From positions 6,090-70,089 of the forward strand of contig PEZY01000004.1 in the NCBI GenBank assembly GCA_002773855.1: a DNA stretch of 64,000 bases, given 5' to 3'. The position numbers were made by a program, and so were the translations under genes. Source of the stretch: Candidatus Buchananbacteria bacterium CG10_big_fil_rev_8_21_14_0_10_33_19 (GTDB lineage Bacteria > Patescibacteriota > Patescibacteriia > 2-01-FULL-39-33). Within the stretch, counting starts at the first letter, position 1, and each line of letters opens with the position of its first letter. A model generated the notes under the pieces. The model worked only from the letters and a program-made list of their open reading frames with translations, was not told where the DNA came from and searched no databases. This document shows positions 50,713-61,246 of this stretch, piece after piece.

Positions 50713-52137
50713 CTATAATACCTCGTTATCATGAGAATCAGATTCTCGCATTCCAGAATTAGTGATTCTAATAAATTGACACTCTTTTAGCTCAGAAATT
50801 GTTTTAGCGTTACCATAACTCATGCCAGATTTTAAACCACCTAAATATCTAGCAATAATATTTTTAACCGGTCCTTTGTAAGGTACTCTAGCCTCGATGC
50901 CCTCTGGAGTTATTTGATGATGTTTTTCTTTAGAGTCTGGACGAGACAAGGCTGCGGTGAGTGAAGCCATGCCTCGTGATATTTTGTATTGTCGGCCTTT
51001 ATAATTAATAGCTGGTCCTGGTGATTCCTCGGTACCAGATAGCTGGCCACCCATCATCACTGTGTCAGCACCAGCGGCTAAAGCTTTTACTAGATCAGCT
51101 GATTGTTTAATACCACCGTCAGCCACTAGTGGTACCCCATATTTTTTACATACCGGAGCAATATTTAAAATTGCTGATAATTGTGGTACACCAAAACCAG
51201 TGGTAATGCGAGTGGTGCAAATTGACCCTGGACCAATGCCCACTTTTACTCCATCAACCCCCGCTTCAATTAAATCCAAAGCACCTTGAGCGGTCGCAAT
51301 ATTACCACCAATTACTTCCATATTCGGTAGAGCCCGCTTGATAACTTTAATCGCTTCAATGGCATTATCTGAATGACCGTGGGCAATATCTAAAACCAAA
51401 ACATCTACTCCCGCCTCAGTTAAAGCCACAGCTCGCTCCAAATAATCACCTCTCACGCCCACCGCTGCTCCGACTAATAATCTACCCAATTTATCTTTAC
51501 TAGCCTGAACATTATTGGAATTCCTCATAATGTCTTTTTCAGTAATCAAACCTTTGATTTGAAAATCTTCATCAACTAGTGGTAATTTTTCAATCTTGTT
51601 TTCTCGCAACATTTTTTTAGCATCATCAGTAGAAATATTTATTGATCCCACAATTAATTTATCCTTTGGTGTCATAATATTTTTAACCAAAGTAGAATCA
51701 TCCCCACAAAAAACTACATCCCGACGAGTAATAATACCGAGTAATTCTCGACCATCATCACTTACCAAAAAACTTGAACACCCCAGCTCAGTAGATCTTT
51801 CTTTAAATTCAGCCAAAGTTGCTTTGGTGTTAATAGTAAATGGATTGCCAATAACAATATTTTGCTTGCGCTTAACTTTTTTTACCTCATGAACCTGACT
51901 ACTAATATCACAAAACCGATGAATAATACCAATGCCACCTTCTAAAGCCATAGCAATGGCCATGGTACTTTCGGTCACCGTATCCATATTAGCGCTAACG
52001 ATCGGGATCTTTAAAGAAATATTTTTGGTTAACTGGGTATTCATCTTAACATCATGTCGAGATTTAATAGCTGATTTTTTGGGCACCAGCAAAACATCAT
52101 CATAAGATAGAGCTGTTGGGATATACATAGTTGTCAT
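50713..52137 (-). CDS. guaB: IMP dehydrogenase with CBS pair.
   Basis: Catalytic 'GIGPGSICTTR' and 'GGIKQSADLVKALAAGA' blocks. Confidence 0.9.
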   Translation of the reverse strand: MTTMYIPTALSYDDVLLVPKKSAIKSRHDVKMNTQLTKNISLKIPIVSANMDTVTESTMAIAMALEGGIGIIHRFCDISSQVHEVKKVKRKQNIVIGNPFTINTKATLAEFKERSTELGCSSFLVSDDGRELLGIITRRDVVFCGDDSTLVKNIMTPKDKLIVGSINISTDDAKKMLRENKIEKLPLVDEDFQIKGLITEKDIMRNSNNVQASKDKLGRLLVGAAVGVRGDYLERAVALTEAGVDVLVLDIAHGHSDNAIEAIKVIKRALPNMEVIGGNIATAQGALDLIEAGVDGVKVGIGPGSICTTRITTGFGVPQLSAILNIAPVCKKYGVPLVADGGIKQSADLVKALAAGADTVMMGGQLSGTEESPGPAINYKGRQYKISRGMASLTAALSRPDSKEKHHQITPEGIEARVPYKGPVKNIIARYLGGLKSGMSYGNAKTISELKECQFIRITNSGMRESDSHDNEVL

Positions 52138-52251
52138 AAATTATTATTTACCCCTCCTTTTGAACTATTTAATCTTACAGTAAAAAACCGCTTTTCTCAA
52201 ATAAAACGTCTCAACACCAATACACTCTAGGCTTTTATTTTATCTAGAAAA

Positions 52252-53868
52252 GTGTTATCATATATTCATATAAATATGGCAAAACCTACTAACGAAATGG
52301 AGTGGCTGATAGATATCTATGGTCACGACTACTCAATTAAGGCGCCAAAAGACGTCGAAAAAATTAAACTTAGCCAAATGGTTTCCAAGTTGGGTTTTTT
52401 TTATGAAAAATTTCGAAATGCTATTGATTATAACGAGGAACACTTAGTCCGCAGAAACTCTATAGAAAGATTTCTTAGACGACAATTACTATTATTATTA
52501 GAAAAAGATTCTTTAAAAATCAGTGAATCATTAATTCATGAGTTTATTCGTGCTAGATACTTACCAAATGAAACATTGCCAGAAACCTTTATTGCTGAAG
52601 TGGCTAGGCCGATTAAAAAATATATAGAAATAATTGACTATATTAATATTAATCGTTTACCCAATGGCACAAAATTAACTGATTGGATAATTGGTGTAGC
52701 TAGCTCAGAAATAAATGAAAAATTAACTCCTGACACTAAAGAAGTGGCAACTGTTAATTTAATGTACTCTCATCTAGTAGACAATATTACTTTTCGTAAA
52801 ACGAATATCGACGAAAAGGAGAAAAATTTACAAATATACATTGCCACCTTACGCACCCTACTAAAATCAGACCCTTCAACATCTAGATATTTCCTACTAA
52901 AGCTATACTTGCCTAATTGGAATCTAATGAATACCGAGGAAACACAAATTTTCTGTCATAATCTTTACAGTATTAAAGATAAGATTGATAAAAATCTGGC
53001 TCATCCAATTAGCTTTCAATTAGCTAGAATTATTAAATCACAGTCAGTTTTCTTCAACATCTTAAGGGAAGTAATGGAAAATAATAAAGATAATTTGAAA
53101 GAATTATTTGCTGAGCCAGAACTACTAGAATCTGCTATCGAAGAAGTAGTAGTCACTAATTACAAAAAAATAAAAGGCAAATTAATTGGTACAATTTTAA
53201 GAGTTATTTTATATATCTTCTTTACCAAAACAATTTTAGCCTTAGCCATAGAACTACCTTATGACTATTTTATAGTTCATGAAATTAATTGGTATGCACT
53301 GGGCACTAACATTATTTTTCATCCACTGTTGATGTTTTTCATTGCGATGACTATCAAAATTCCAGGTGTTAAAAATACCCAAATCATTATTTCAGAAATT
53401 AAAAAGATAGTTTATGGCGAAGAAAGAAAATTAGTTTTCAAGGCCAAAGGTTTAATGCGTCGAGGATCTTTTAGCTACTTAATATTCAATTTTATTTATA
53501 TCATTATGTTTGCTTTTTCCTTTGGTATAATTATCAGTATTTTAAGATATTTTCATTTTAACGCCCTAAGTGGCTTACTATTTATTTTCTTCTTAACCAT
53601 TGTTAGCTTCTTCGGCTTTAGACTTCGTAATTTAGCCAAGCAACTATCGGTTATACCTCGAAAAGATAATTTATTTAGCTTTATAGTTGATTTTATCTCC
53701 CTACCAATCATCCGCGTTGGTCGGTTCTTCTCTACAAATTTTGCCAAAATTAATATTTTCTTATTCTTATTAGATTTCTTAATTGAAACGCCCTTTAAAA
53801 TGCTAGTGGAGTTTTTAGAAAAAACGGTTTCCTTTATTAATGATAAACGAGAAGAAATTATTGAATAA
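52252..53868 (+). CDS. Large hypothetical protein: soluble N-terminal ~300 aa plus a C-terminal polytopic membrane region.
   Basis: ORF with hydrophobicity pattern only. Confidence 0.4.
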   Translation: MLSYIHINMAKPTNEMEWLIDIYGHDYSIKAPKDVEKIKLSQMVSKLGFFYEKFRNAIDYNEEHLVRRNSIERFLRRQLLLLLEKDSLKISESLIHEFIRARYLPNETLPETFIAEVARPIKKYIEIIDYININRLPNGTKLTDWIIGVASSEINEKLTPDTKEVATVNLMYSHLVDNITFRKTNIDEKEKNLQIYIATLRTLLKSDPSTSRYFLLKLYLPNWNLMNTEETQIFCHNLYSIKDKIDKNLAHPISFQLARIIKSQSVFFNILREVMENNKDNLKELFAEPELLESAIEEVVVTNYKKIKGKLIGTILRVILYIFFTKTILALAIELPYDYFIVHEINWYALGTNIIFHPLLMFFIAMTIKIPGVKNTQIIISEIKKIVYGEERKLVFKAKGLMRRGSFSYLIFNFIYIIMFAFSFGIIISILRYFHFNALSGLLFIFFLTIVSFFGFRLRNLAKQLSVIPRKDNLFSFIVDFISLPIIRVGRFFSTNFAKINIFLFLLDFLIETPFKMLVEFLEKTVSFINDKREEIIE

Positions 53869-53943
53869 CTAATCCCCTAGTTGACAGGGGATTTTTAATA
53901 TGTTATTATTTAGATATATATCTAAATATCTAATTATAGATTA

Positions 53944-54216
53944 ATGCTTAATAAAACTTTCTCAGCCTTAGCTGATAATAACCGCCAAAAAATAATTGAC
54001 CTCCTTAAAAAACGAGAGATGTCTGTATCTGATATTGTCAGTCACCTAAACATCACTATGGCCACTCTATCGCACCATTTAGATATTTTAAAAAGAGCCG
54101 ATTTAATCAGTGGTCGTCGTGATGGTCAGAAAATTATCTACTCTCTTAATTTTAGTGTTATTCAAGAAGTCGAGGAAAAAATAGTTAAATTCCTTAAAAT
54201 AAAAAATAAAAAATAA
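53944..54216 (+). CDS. ArsR/SmtB-family (SdpR-like) HTH repressor.
   Basis: 'NRQKIIDLL...MSVSDIVSHLNITMATLSHHLDILKRADLI' winged HTH. Confidence 0.75.
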   Translation: MLNKTFSALADNNRQKIIDLLKKREMSVSDIVSHLNITMATLSHHLDILKRADLISGRRDGQKIIYSLNFSVIQEVEEKIVKFLKIKNKK

Positions 54217-54221
54217 AAACC

Positions 54222-54878
54222 ATGTCACCAATAAAACCCAGTATTAAAACTGAAATAATTCCTACCATCGTAGTCATATTATCTATACTAGCTAGTTTCT
54301 ACTTTTATGCCAATTTTCCAGCACAGGTAGCTACCCACTGGAACATAGATGGTCAGATAGATGATTATTCTTCTAAGCTAGTTGGCGCCTTTTTAATACC
54401 AATACTAATTTTCGGACTTTATATTATGTTTTTAGCTTTGCCATATTTAGACCCAAAAAAGGATCGCTATCAAGAATTTGCTAAAGTCTATCATATTTTC
54501 AAAGACTTAATTATCATTTTTATGTTCTTGATTTATCTAGCTTCTGGCTTAGCTAATCTTGGCTATAACGTTGAAATCGGACTTGTCGTGCCTACTTTAG
54601 TTGGTCTTTTGTTTATTATTATGGGTAATTATATGGGTAAGATAAAATACAACTGGTTTATGGGTATTAGAACTCCATGGACATTATCATCAGAAAATGT
54701 CTGGAATAAAACCCATCGAGTCGGTGGCTGGCTATTTATTGGTTTGGGGCTAACCATGCTAACAACTCCAATTCTACCAAAAACTATTATTACTCCTATC
54801 TTTTTTTCTGCTATAATGATTACGGTTGTAGGCAGCTTTGTTTACTCCTACATACTCTACAGAAACGAAAAAAAATAA
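54222..54878 (+). CDS. SdpI/YhfL-family membrane protein (DUF1648 plus SdpI).
   Basis: 'ATHWNIDGQIDDYSSK' DUF1648 signature. 6 TM helices. Immediately downstream of the ArsR gene. Confidence 0.65.
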   Translation: MSPIKPSIKTEIIPTIVVILSILASFYFYANFPAQVATHWNIDGQIDDYSSKLVGAFLIPILIFGLYIMFLALPYLDPKKDRYQEFAKVYHIFKDLIIIFMFLIYLASGLANLGYNVEIGLVVPTLVGLLFIIMGNYMGKIKYNWFMGIRTPWTLSSENVWNKTHRVGGWLFIGLGLTMLTTPILPKTIITPIFFSAIMITVVGSFVYSYILYRNEKK

Positions 54879-55337
54879 ATGCTTTTTGAAAATAATTATC
54901 AAAAAAGTAATCGTATCAAAAAAATAAAAATAACCGTCTCAACAGAAGCGGTTATTTTAGCTAATCGAATATTAAACAGTAGTGGTCATCAGTCACGACA
55001 ACAACTTGGCGAACAATTATTAGATGAGCTTTGTGATGGCGCTAAAATAGATATTATTAAATTAGAAATATCCAATACTAAACAGTACCACAGAAAATCA
55101 GCTGGTAAAGTAGCTATGAAGCGCTATGGCTATTATCGCCCAGCTACTAAGTATATTTATATTCAAAACCTCACAGCTGTTCGCGGCCAAATTCTAGCGC
55201 CAAAAACATTTTTAGATACTCTACTCCACGAATGGGTCCATCACTATGATACCTATAAACTTAGACTTAAATCCATACACAGCAAAGGTTTTTATGAGCG
55301 AATTAATCATCTAAAAGAAAAATTAAAGGTAAAATAA
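54879..55337 (+). CDS. SprT-like HExxH zinc-metalloprotease-fold protein (hypothetical).
   Basis: 'LLHEWVHHYD' HExxH. Start abuts the stop of the sdpI-like gene. Confidence 0.4.
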   Translation: MLFENNYQKSNRIKKIKITVSTEAVILANRILNSSGHQSRQQLGEQLLDELCDGAKIDIIKLEISNTKQYHRKSAGKVAMKRYGYYRPATKYIYIQNLTAVRGQILAPKTFLDTLLHEWVHHYDTYKLRLKSIHSKGFYERINHLKEKLKVK

Positions 55338-55377
55338 AAAACCATCACAAATGTGATAGTTTAAACATTTTCAACTA

Positions 55378-55638
55378 TTAAAAATAGAAAGTGCGACCAA
55401 ACCAAGTTACTGGGGTTCTATGCAATATACCAGATTCCTTGGCCTCAGCTCGTATAGCTTTCAATTCCGATCCAATAGCTTGTAATTTTTCTTTTAAGTG
55501 ATAAATACTGGCCATAAAAACTACTCTATCACTAACATTAACAGAATAACCACAGTTAGTGCAATTATCTTTATTATCATCCAAAAGATTAACACCACAA
55601 CTACAACATTTAACTCCAGACAAAGCCATGATGACCAC
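55378..55638 (-). CDS. Small Zn-ribbon protein (CCSCG...CTNCG), hypothetical.
   Basis: N-terminal Cys4 and C-terminal helical region. Confidence 0.3.
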   Translation of the reverse strand: MVIMALSGVKCCSCGVNLLDDNKDNCTNCGYSVNVSDRVVFMASIYHLKEKLQAIGSELKAIRAEAKESGILHRTPVTWFGRTFYF

Positions 55639-55755
55639 TTCTCCCTTTGTTGTTAATTAAAAAGAACGATTATAGATTAACATAAACAATCAAAATTATC
55701 AAGCCCTAAAACAAAAAAACAACTATACAATGTATAGTTGTTTTTATATCTAAAA

Positions 55756-56970
55756 TTATTTACCGAAGACCTTAGCAAACTGTTTCTTACCACGTTGTAA
55801 TAATAAACCCTCTTCTGGTATATGAATTTCCAATTCCTCAGACACTATTTTATCATCATCAATTTTTATCGCTCCCTCTTTTATCAAACGTCTAACTTCG
55901 CTATTGCTTTTAGCTAAGCCTGATTTTACAAACAAATCTAAAACGCCAATTTTATCATCATGATCAGTAATATTAATTTCTGGAATTTCTTGGGGCTTTT
56001 GACCTTCTTGAAACACTCTTTTAAACTCATCTTCAGCTTCATGGGCCAACTGATCATTTTTATAAATCTTGACCACCTCTCTGGCTAATTGCATTTTTAA
56101 ATCACGAGGATTAATTTTGTTTACCTGTAAAGCTAATTTTATTTCTGCCAAAGTTTCATCTGAAATATCAGTTAAAATTTCAAAAGCTGGCAAAATCATC
56201 TCATCAGACCAACTCATAATCTTGCCATACATGTCTATTGCACTATCTAGTAAGGTAATCATATTGCCTTCAGACTTACCCATTTTTTTACCAGTTGGGT
56301 CTTCTAATAATTTAGTGGTTAATACTAATTTTTCCTGATTCTTCATAGCTCGCATCAAAGTACGACCAGCTAACATATTAAAAGTTTGATCATTGCCACC
56401 AATTTCTAAATCAACATTCATAGCTACACTATCATAAGCTTGCATTAAGGGATAAAAAAATTCATGCAAATAAACTGGGCGCTCGGATTTTATTCTTTCC
56501 TGAAACATTGCTCGATCCAGCATTTGTTGAGCGGTAAAATGTTGAGCAATATTAATTAGATCTTGAAAATCTAATTTAGCCAACCATTTAGAGTTAAATC
56601 TAAAATCAACTTTCTTAATATCAATTAAATTTTTAATTTGATCTTTCCAACCATTTAGATTATTTAACACGGTTTTATGATCTATTTGTGTTCTAACGCT
56701 CAATTTATCAGGATCACCAATTTGACCAGTAAAATCACCAAATAGAAAAATAACTTTATGACCCAATTTTTGAAACTCGGCTAATTTACGAATGGTAATA
56801 CCATGACCGATATGAAGAGTGGGTGAATTTGGATCATAACCACAGTAAAGAGTTATTTCTTTACCAGACATTAATAGTTTTTTTAAATCATCTTTTTTGG
56901 GATAAATATTTTCTACCCCCCGAGATAAAACTGCTTCTATTTTATTTTCATCGGTTATAATCTTAGACAT
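55756..56970 (-). CDS. tyrS: Tyrosyl-tRNA synthetase.
   Basis: 'PTLHIGHG', 'KMGKS' and a C-terminal S4 domain 'SEVRRLIKEGAIKID'. Confidence 0.85.
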   Translation of the reverse strand: MSKIITDENKIEAVLSRGVENIYPKKDDLKKLLMSGKEITLYCGYDPNSPTLHIGHGITIRKLAEFQKLGHKVIFLFGDFTGQIGDPDKLSVRTQIDHKTVLNNLNGWKDQIKNLIDIKKVDFRFNSKWLAKLDFQDLINIAQHFTAQQMLDRAMFQERIKSERPVYLHEFFYPLMQAYDSVAMNVDLEIGGNDQTFNMLAGRTLMRAMKNQEKLVLTTKLLEDPTGKKMGKSEGNMITLLDSAIDMYGKIMSWSDEMILPAFEILTDISDETLAEIKLALQVNKINPRDLKMQLAREVVKIYKNDQLAHEAEDEFKRVFQEGQKPQEIPEINITDHDDKIGVLDLFVKSGLAKSNSEVRRLIKEGAIKIDDDKIVSEELEIHIPEEGLLLQRGKKQFAKVFGK

Positions 56971-56971
56971 T

Positions 56972-59605
56972 TTATTTTAGATTATTTAATTGATTCTGTA
57001 ATTTAGCTAATTTTTCTTCAGCGGTTTTTAATTTTTCTTTTTCGCCATTAACTACTACTTCTGGGGCATTAGCTGCAAATTCCTCATTGGCTAGTTTAGC
57101 CTTTAAACTAGCAATGTATTTTTCGGTTTCGATAATATCTTTATTAATTCTTTCTGTTTCAGCCACTGTATCAATTATACCAGTTAAATCCAGATAAATC
57201 TCTAAACCATCAGTAGTCACTGTACCAACATTATTGACTGGCTTTTCACCACTAGCCATGACTGTTAACGACTCGCAACGAGCTAAATTTTTGATTACTG
57301 CTGATTCATTATTAACTAATATTTCATTCTCACCAACTATAACTGTTACCGCTACTTTTTTAGCTGGCTCTACTTTATTTTCTGATCGTAAATTTCTAAT
57401 ATTAACAATTAAGTCTTGAATTCTTTTAATATCAGTAATTGATTTTTCATCAATCTTAAATTCGGCTTCTGGCCACTTTTCAATCATTAATAATTTATCA
57501 CTAGTAAAATTCTGCCAAAGCTCTTCGGTAATAAATGGTATAAACGGATGCCAGAGTTTTAAAATATTTTGTAAAATATATAATAATATTTCATCTTTAT
57601 TTTTTTCTACTTTAGCAATCTCCAAATACCAATCCGCAAACTCATCACGAGTAAATTGTTGTAAACTTTCACCGGCCAAAGAAAAATTGTAACTCGCCAT
57701 ATTTTTATTAACCCCTTCAATAGTCTGACTCAAGCGCGATAATATCCACTTATCTGCTAAAGTTTTTGCCCCTGGCAATTGATCAACTAATTTAACCTCT
57801 TCTACACTAGTTAAAACATAGCGAGAAATATTCCAAAGTTTATTTACAAAATTTCGATAACTTTCTACTTTATCATCATACAATTTAAAATCATTACCGG
57901 GTGTAACACCAATCAACATGGAAAGTCTTAGAGCATCAGTGCCATACTTTTCAATCATATCTAATGGATCAATAGCATTGTCTAAAGACTTACTCATTTT
58001 GACACCGTTTTCATCACGTACTAAACCATGTAAATAAACAGTTTCAAAAGGAATATCATTCAAACAATAAACACTCATAATAATCATCCTGGCGACCCAG
58101 AAAAATAAAATATCATAACCAGTTTCCATGACACTAGTTGGATGAAAATTATGTAGATCATCGGTTTCTTCTGGCCAACCCAAAGTCGAGAAAGTCCACA
58201 AAGCTGATGAAAACCAAGTATCTAAAGTATCCTCATCCTGAGTCCAACTATCACTGGCTGGTTGACTTTGACCAACACTAATTTCTTGATCACGATACCA
58301 GACTGGAATTTGATGACCATACCAAATTTGGCGCGAGATACACCAATCATGTAAATTTTCCATCCAGTGAAAATAAGTTTTTTCAAACCTCTCTGGAACA
58401 ATTTTAATTAAATTATTTTTAATAACATGAATAGATAATTCTTTTAAAGTGGCTTCGTCTTTGTCCCACTTTAATTTTGATTTGTCTTTTAATTTAAATG
58501 GTTTATCAACGGCTACAAACCACTGCAAAGATGGCAATGGCTCAATAGCTGTACCACAACGATAACAAATTGATAAATTATTTTTAATATCTTCTTCTTT
58601 TTCTAATAAGCCTTGGTTCTTTAACTTCTCAACTACCGCTTCTCTAGCTGCTATTACTGATTGTCCAGAAAATTCACCGAAGCCCACTTCAATATTACCG
58701 TCTTTATCAATCACTTTTACAATTGGTAATTTATTTTCTATCGCCATTTGATAGTCCACATGAGAATGAGCTGGCGTTACTCCCAAAGCACCAGTCCCAA
58801 ATTCCATATCCACATTGCGATCAGCAATAATTTTTAACTTTAGTGATACACCTACAAAATCCACATCAAATTCTTGACCAATATATTTTTTATAACGCTC
58901 ATCTTTAGGATTAACCGCCACCGCCGTATCACCTAGTTTAGTTTCTGGGCGAGTTGTCGCAATAGTAAATGGAAAATCTTTATGGTATTTAAAAGTGTAC
59001 ATCTTGGCTTGTTGCTCTTTGTATTCCACCTCATCATCAGCTAGAGTCGAGTGGCATCTAGGACACCAATTAACTACTCGATCACCTCGATAGATTAAAC
59101 CATCTGTATACATTTTTTCAAAGGCAGTGACCACGGCTTTATTTAAACCCTCATCAAGGGTAAATCTTTCCCTAGACCAATCACAGGAAGAGCCCATTTT
59201 ACGAACTTGATTTTTAATCGTATTTCTAGAATCTTCGACAAACTCATCAACCCGTTCTAAAAATTTATCTCGGCCCAATTGATGTCGAGTTAAATTTTCT
59301 TTGGCCATTATTTTTTCCACTTTGGTTTGAGTGGCAATTGAAGCATGGTCAGTCCCTGGCAACCATAAAGTTTTTTTGCCAGACATTCGATTGTAACGAG
59401 TCATTAAATCTTGGATAGCTAACATAGTCGCATGACCAGTATGCAAAACGCCAGTAGCATTGGGTGGTGGCATAGCGATAGAAAAATAATCTTTAGTATT
59501 CTTTAAACTATCAGGATTAAAAAATCCAGACTCCTCCCAAGACTTATAAATACTATCTTCGGTTTTACTAGCATCGTAGGCTTTTGGTAATTCTATTCTG
59601 GACAT
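56972..59605 (-). CDS. valS: Valyl-tRNA synthetase.
   Basis: 'PPPNATGVLHTGHA', 'KMSKSLDN', editing domain, and a C-terminal coiled coil. Confidence 0.9.
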   Translation of the reverse strand: MSRIELPKAYDASKTEDSIYKSWEESGFFNPDSLKNTKDYFSIAMPPPNATGVLHTGHATMLAIQDLMTRYNRMSGKKTLWLPGTDHASIATQTKVEKIMAKENLTRHQLGRDKFLERVDEFVEDSRNTIKNQVRKMGSSCDWSRERFTLDEGLNKAVVTAFEKMYTDGLIYRGDRVVNWCPRCHSTLADDEVEYKEQQAKMYTFKYHKDFPFTIATTRPETKLGDTAVAVNPKDERYKKYIGQEFDVDFVGVSLKLKIIADRNVDMEFGTGALGVTPAHSHVDYQMAIENKLPIVKVIDKDGNIEVGFGEFSGQSVIAAREAVVEKLKNQGLLEKEEDIKNNLSICYRCGTAIEPLPSLQWFVAVDKPFKLKDKSKLKWDKDEATLKELSIHVIKNNLIKIVPERFEKTYFHWMENLHDWCISRQIWYGHQIPVWYRDQEISVGQSQPASDSWTQDEDTLDTWFSSALWTFSTLGWPEETDDLHNFHPTSVMETGYDILFFWVARMIIMSVYCLNDIPFETVYLHGLVRDENGVKMSKSLDNAIDPLDMIEKYGTDALRLSMLIGVTPGNDFKLYDDKVESYRNFVNKLWNISRYVLTSVEEVKLVDQLPGAKTLADKWILSRLSQTIEGVNKNMASYNFSLAGESLQQFTRDEFADWYLEIAKVEKNKDEILLYILQNILKLWHPFIPFITEELWQNFTSDKLLMIEKWPEAEFKIDEKSITDIKRIQDLIVNIRNLRSENKVEPAKKVAVTVIVGENEILVNNESAVIKNLARCESLTVMASGEKPVNNVGTVTTDGLEIYLDLTGIIDTVAETERINKDIIETEKYIASLKAKLANEEFAANAPEVVVNGEKEKLKTAEEKLAKLQNQLNNLK

Positions 59606-60084
59606 AAAAATAAAAATTATTAGAATAGCTTAATTTTACTTAATTTTACGGCTTTTTTCAAGTTAAGATACCTATAAATTAACTAGTAAAAACCAGCACT
59701 TAAAAATATAAAATATTAACATCTAAAACATGTTTAACATAAAATGTAAATTTATGCAATAAATTAGCTAAATTTAGACATATTTTGATACATTTCAATC
59801 AAAAAACAAAATTTCAATATTACCTAATAACAACAATGAAATTTAATAATTTAACTAGTAATAAACTAACATGAGAATCTATTATTTGTTCGGTTATTTA
59901 GCTTAAACATTAAAGCCATTAACCAGAAAGAGACCTTAACAACTAACATTCTTTTTTATTACAACAACTTAAAATCTATATTGATAAAGGTTTTTATTTT
60001 ACAAAAATTAAGATAAATTAATTATTGACAAAGCTCTAAAAATTGACTAAGATAAACCATTGAGTAAATGTAAATATTTTAAAA

Positions 60085-61218
60085 ATGGCGCTAACCGAAA
60101 CCCAACAAACTTTTGAATTAATAAAAAAAAGTCGATCAATATTAATCGTTTTTAAAACTGATTGGACTGGCGATGCTCTAACTAGTGCTATAGCCTTAAC
60201 TAAAATTCTAAAAAAAATAGATAAACAAGTTGCTATTGTTTGTCACGATTTTAAGCCAACTAATAATTTATCATTTTTAGATACCAGCGCTATTAAAAAA
60301 ACTATCACCAACTTACAGAAGTTTGTTATTAGTATTAATACTTTACAAACTAAAGTTGGAGAATTTTATTATGATAATGATAGTAGTAATTTAAATATTT
60401 ATATTTCACCTCAAAATGGTCAATTTCAACCAAATGATGTTTCTACTAGAATTGCTAATTACGAATATGATTTAATTTTTATAATTAATTCTCCGGATTT
60501 AGAATCATTAGGAGAAATTTATGCCAAACAAAGTAATTTCTTTTACGCTACACCTAAAATAAATATTGATAATTCTAATAAAAACGAATACTTTGGTGAT
60601 ATAAATATTGTCGATATTACCAAATCATCAACCGCCGAAATAATATATTCTCTAATCAAAAACTTTGATAAAAATTTAATTGATGATAATATTGCTACTG
60701 ATTTATTAGCTGGAATTATTATGAGCACCAAAAACTTTAAAACTCTCAATGTATCACCCGAGACCTTAAATACGGCTAGCTCCTTAATCACTGGTGGGGG
60801 AAGACGAGAACAAATCATTCAAAATTTATACCAAACTAGATATTTATCAACTCTCAAACTGTGGGGTCGAGTACTATCTAGATTAAATAATGATTTAGAT
60901 GACAAATTAGTTTGGTCGACCATTTCTAGTCAAGATTTTTTAGATACCGCCACCTCTGATAATGAGATAATTGATGTGATAGATGAATTAATAGTATCCA
61001 TGCCGAAAACTGAAATTATAGTTTTGATTTATGAAAAAAGAGATTTAAATAGTGTTGAATGCATAATTTATTCCACCAAAAATATTAACTCCTTACTAAT
61101 TGCCAAGCGATTTAATCCGACTGGTAATTCTGAAATAGCCAAATTTAATTTAACTAATTTGACGATATCAGCAGTGGAGAGACTGGTCATTGAAGAAATT
61201 AAAAATAAATTAAAATAG
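60085..61218 (+). CDS. DHH/DHHA1-family (NrnA-like) protein with degenerate catalytic motifs.
   Basis: Colinear with NrnA. 'DHH' is replaced by 'NSP', motif I 'DGD' by 'TGD', and 'GGGH' by 'GGGR'. Confidence 0.5.
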   Translation: MALTETQQTFELIKKSRSILIVFKTDWTGDALTSAIALTKILKKIDKQVAIVCHDFKPTNNLSFLDTSAIKKTITNLQKFVISINTLQTKVGEFYYDNDSSNLNIYISPQNGQFQPNDVSTRIANYEYDLIFIINSPDLESLGEIYAKQSNFFYATPKINIDNSNKNEYFGDINIVDITKSSTAEIIYSLIKNFDKNLIDDNIATDLLAGIIMSTKNFKTLNVSPETLNTASSLITGGGRREQIIQNLYQTRYLSTLKLWGRVLSRLNNDLDDKLVWSTISSQDFLDTATSDNEIIDVIDELIVSMPKTEIIVLIYEKRDLNSVECIIYSTKNINSLLIAKRFNPTGNSEIAKFNLTNLTISAVERLVIEEIKNKLK

Positions 61219-61246
61219 ACCGTTACCGTACCCAAGGAGACAGAAC

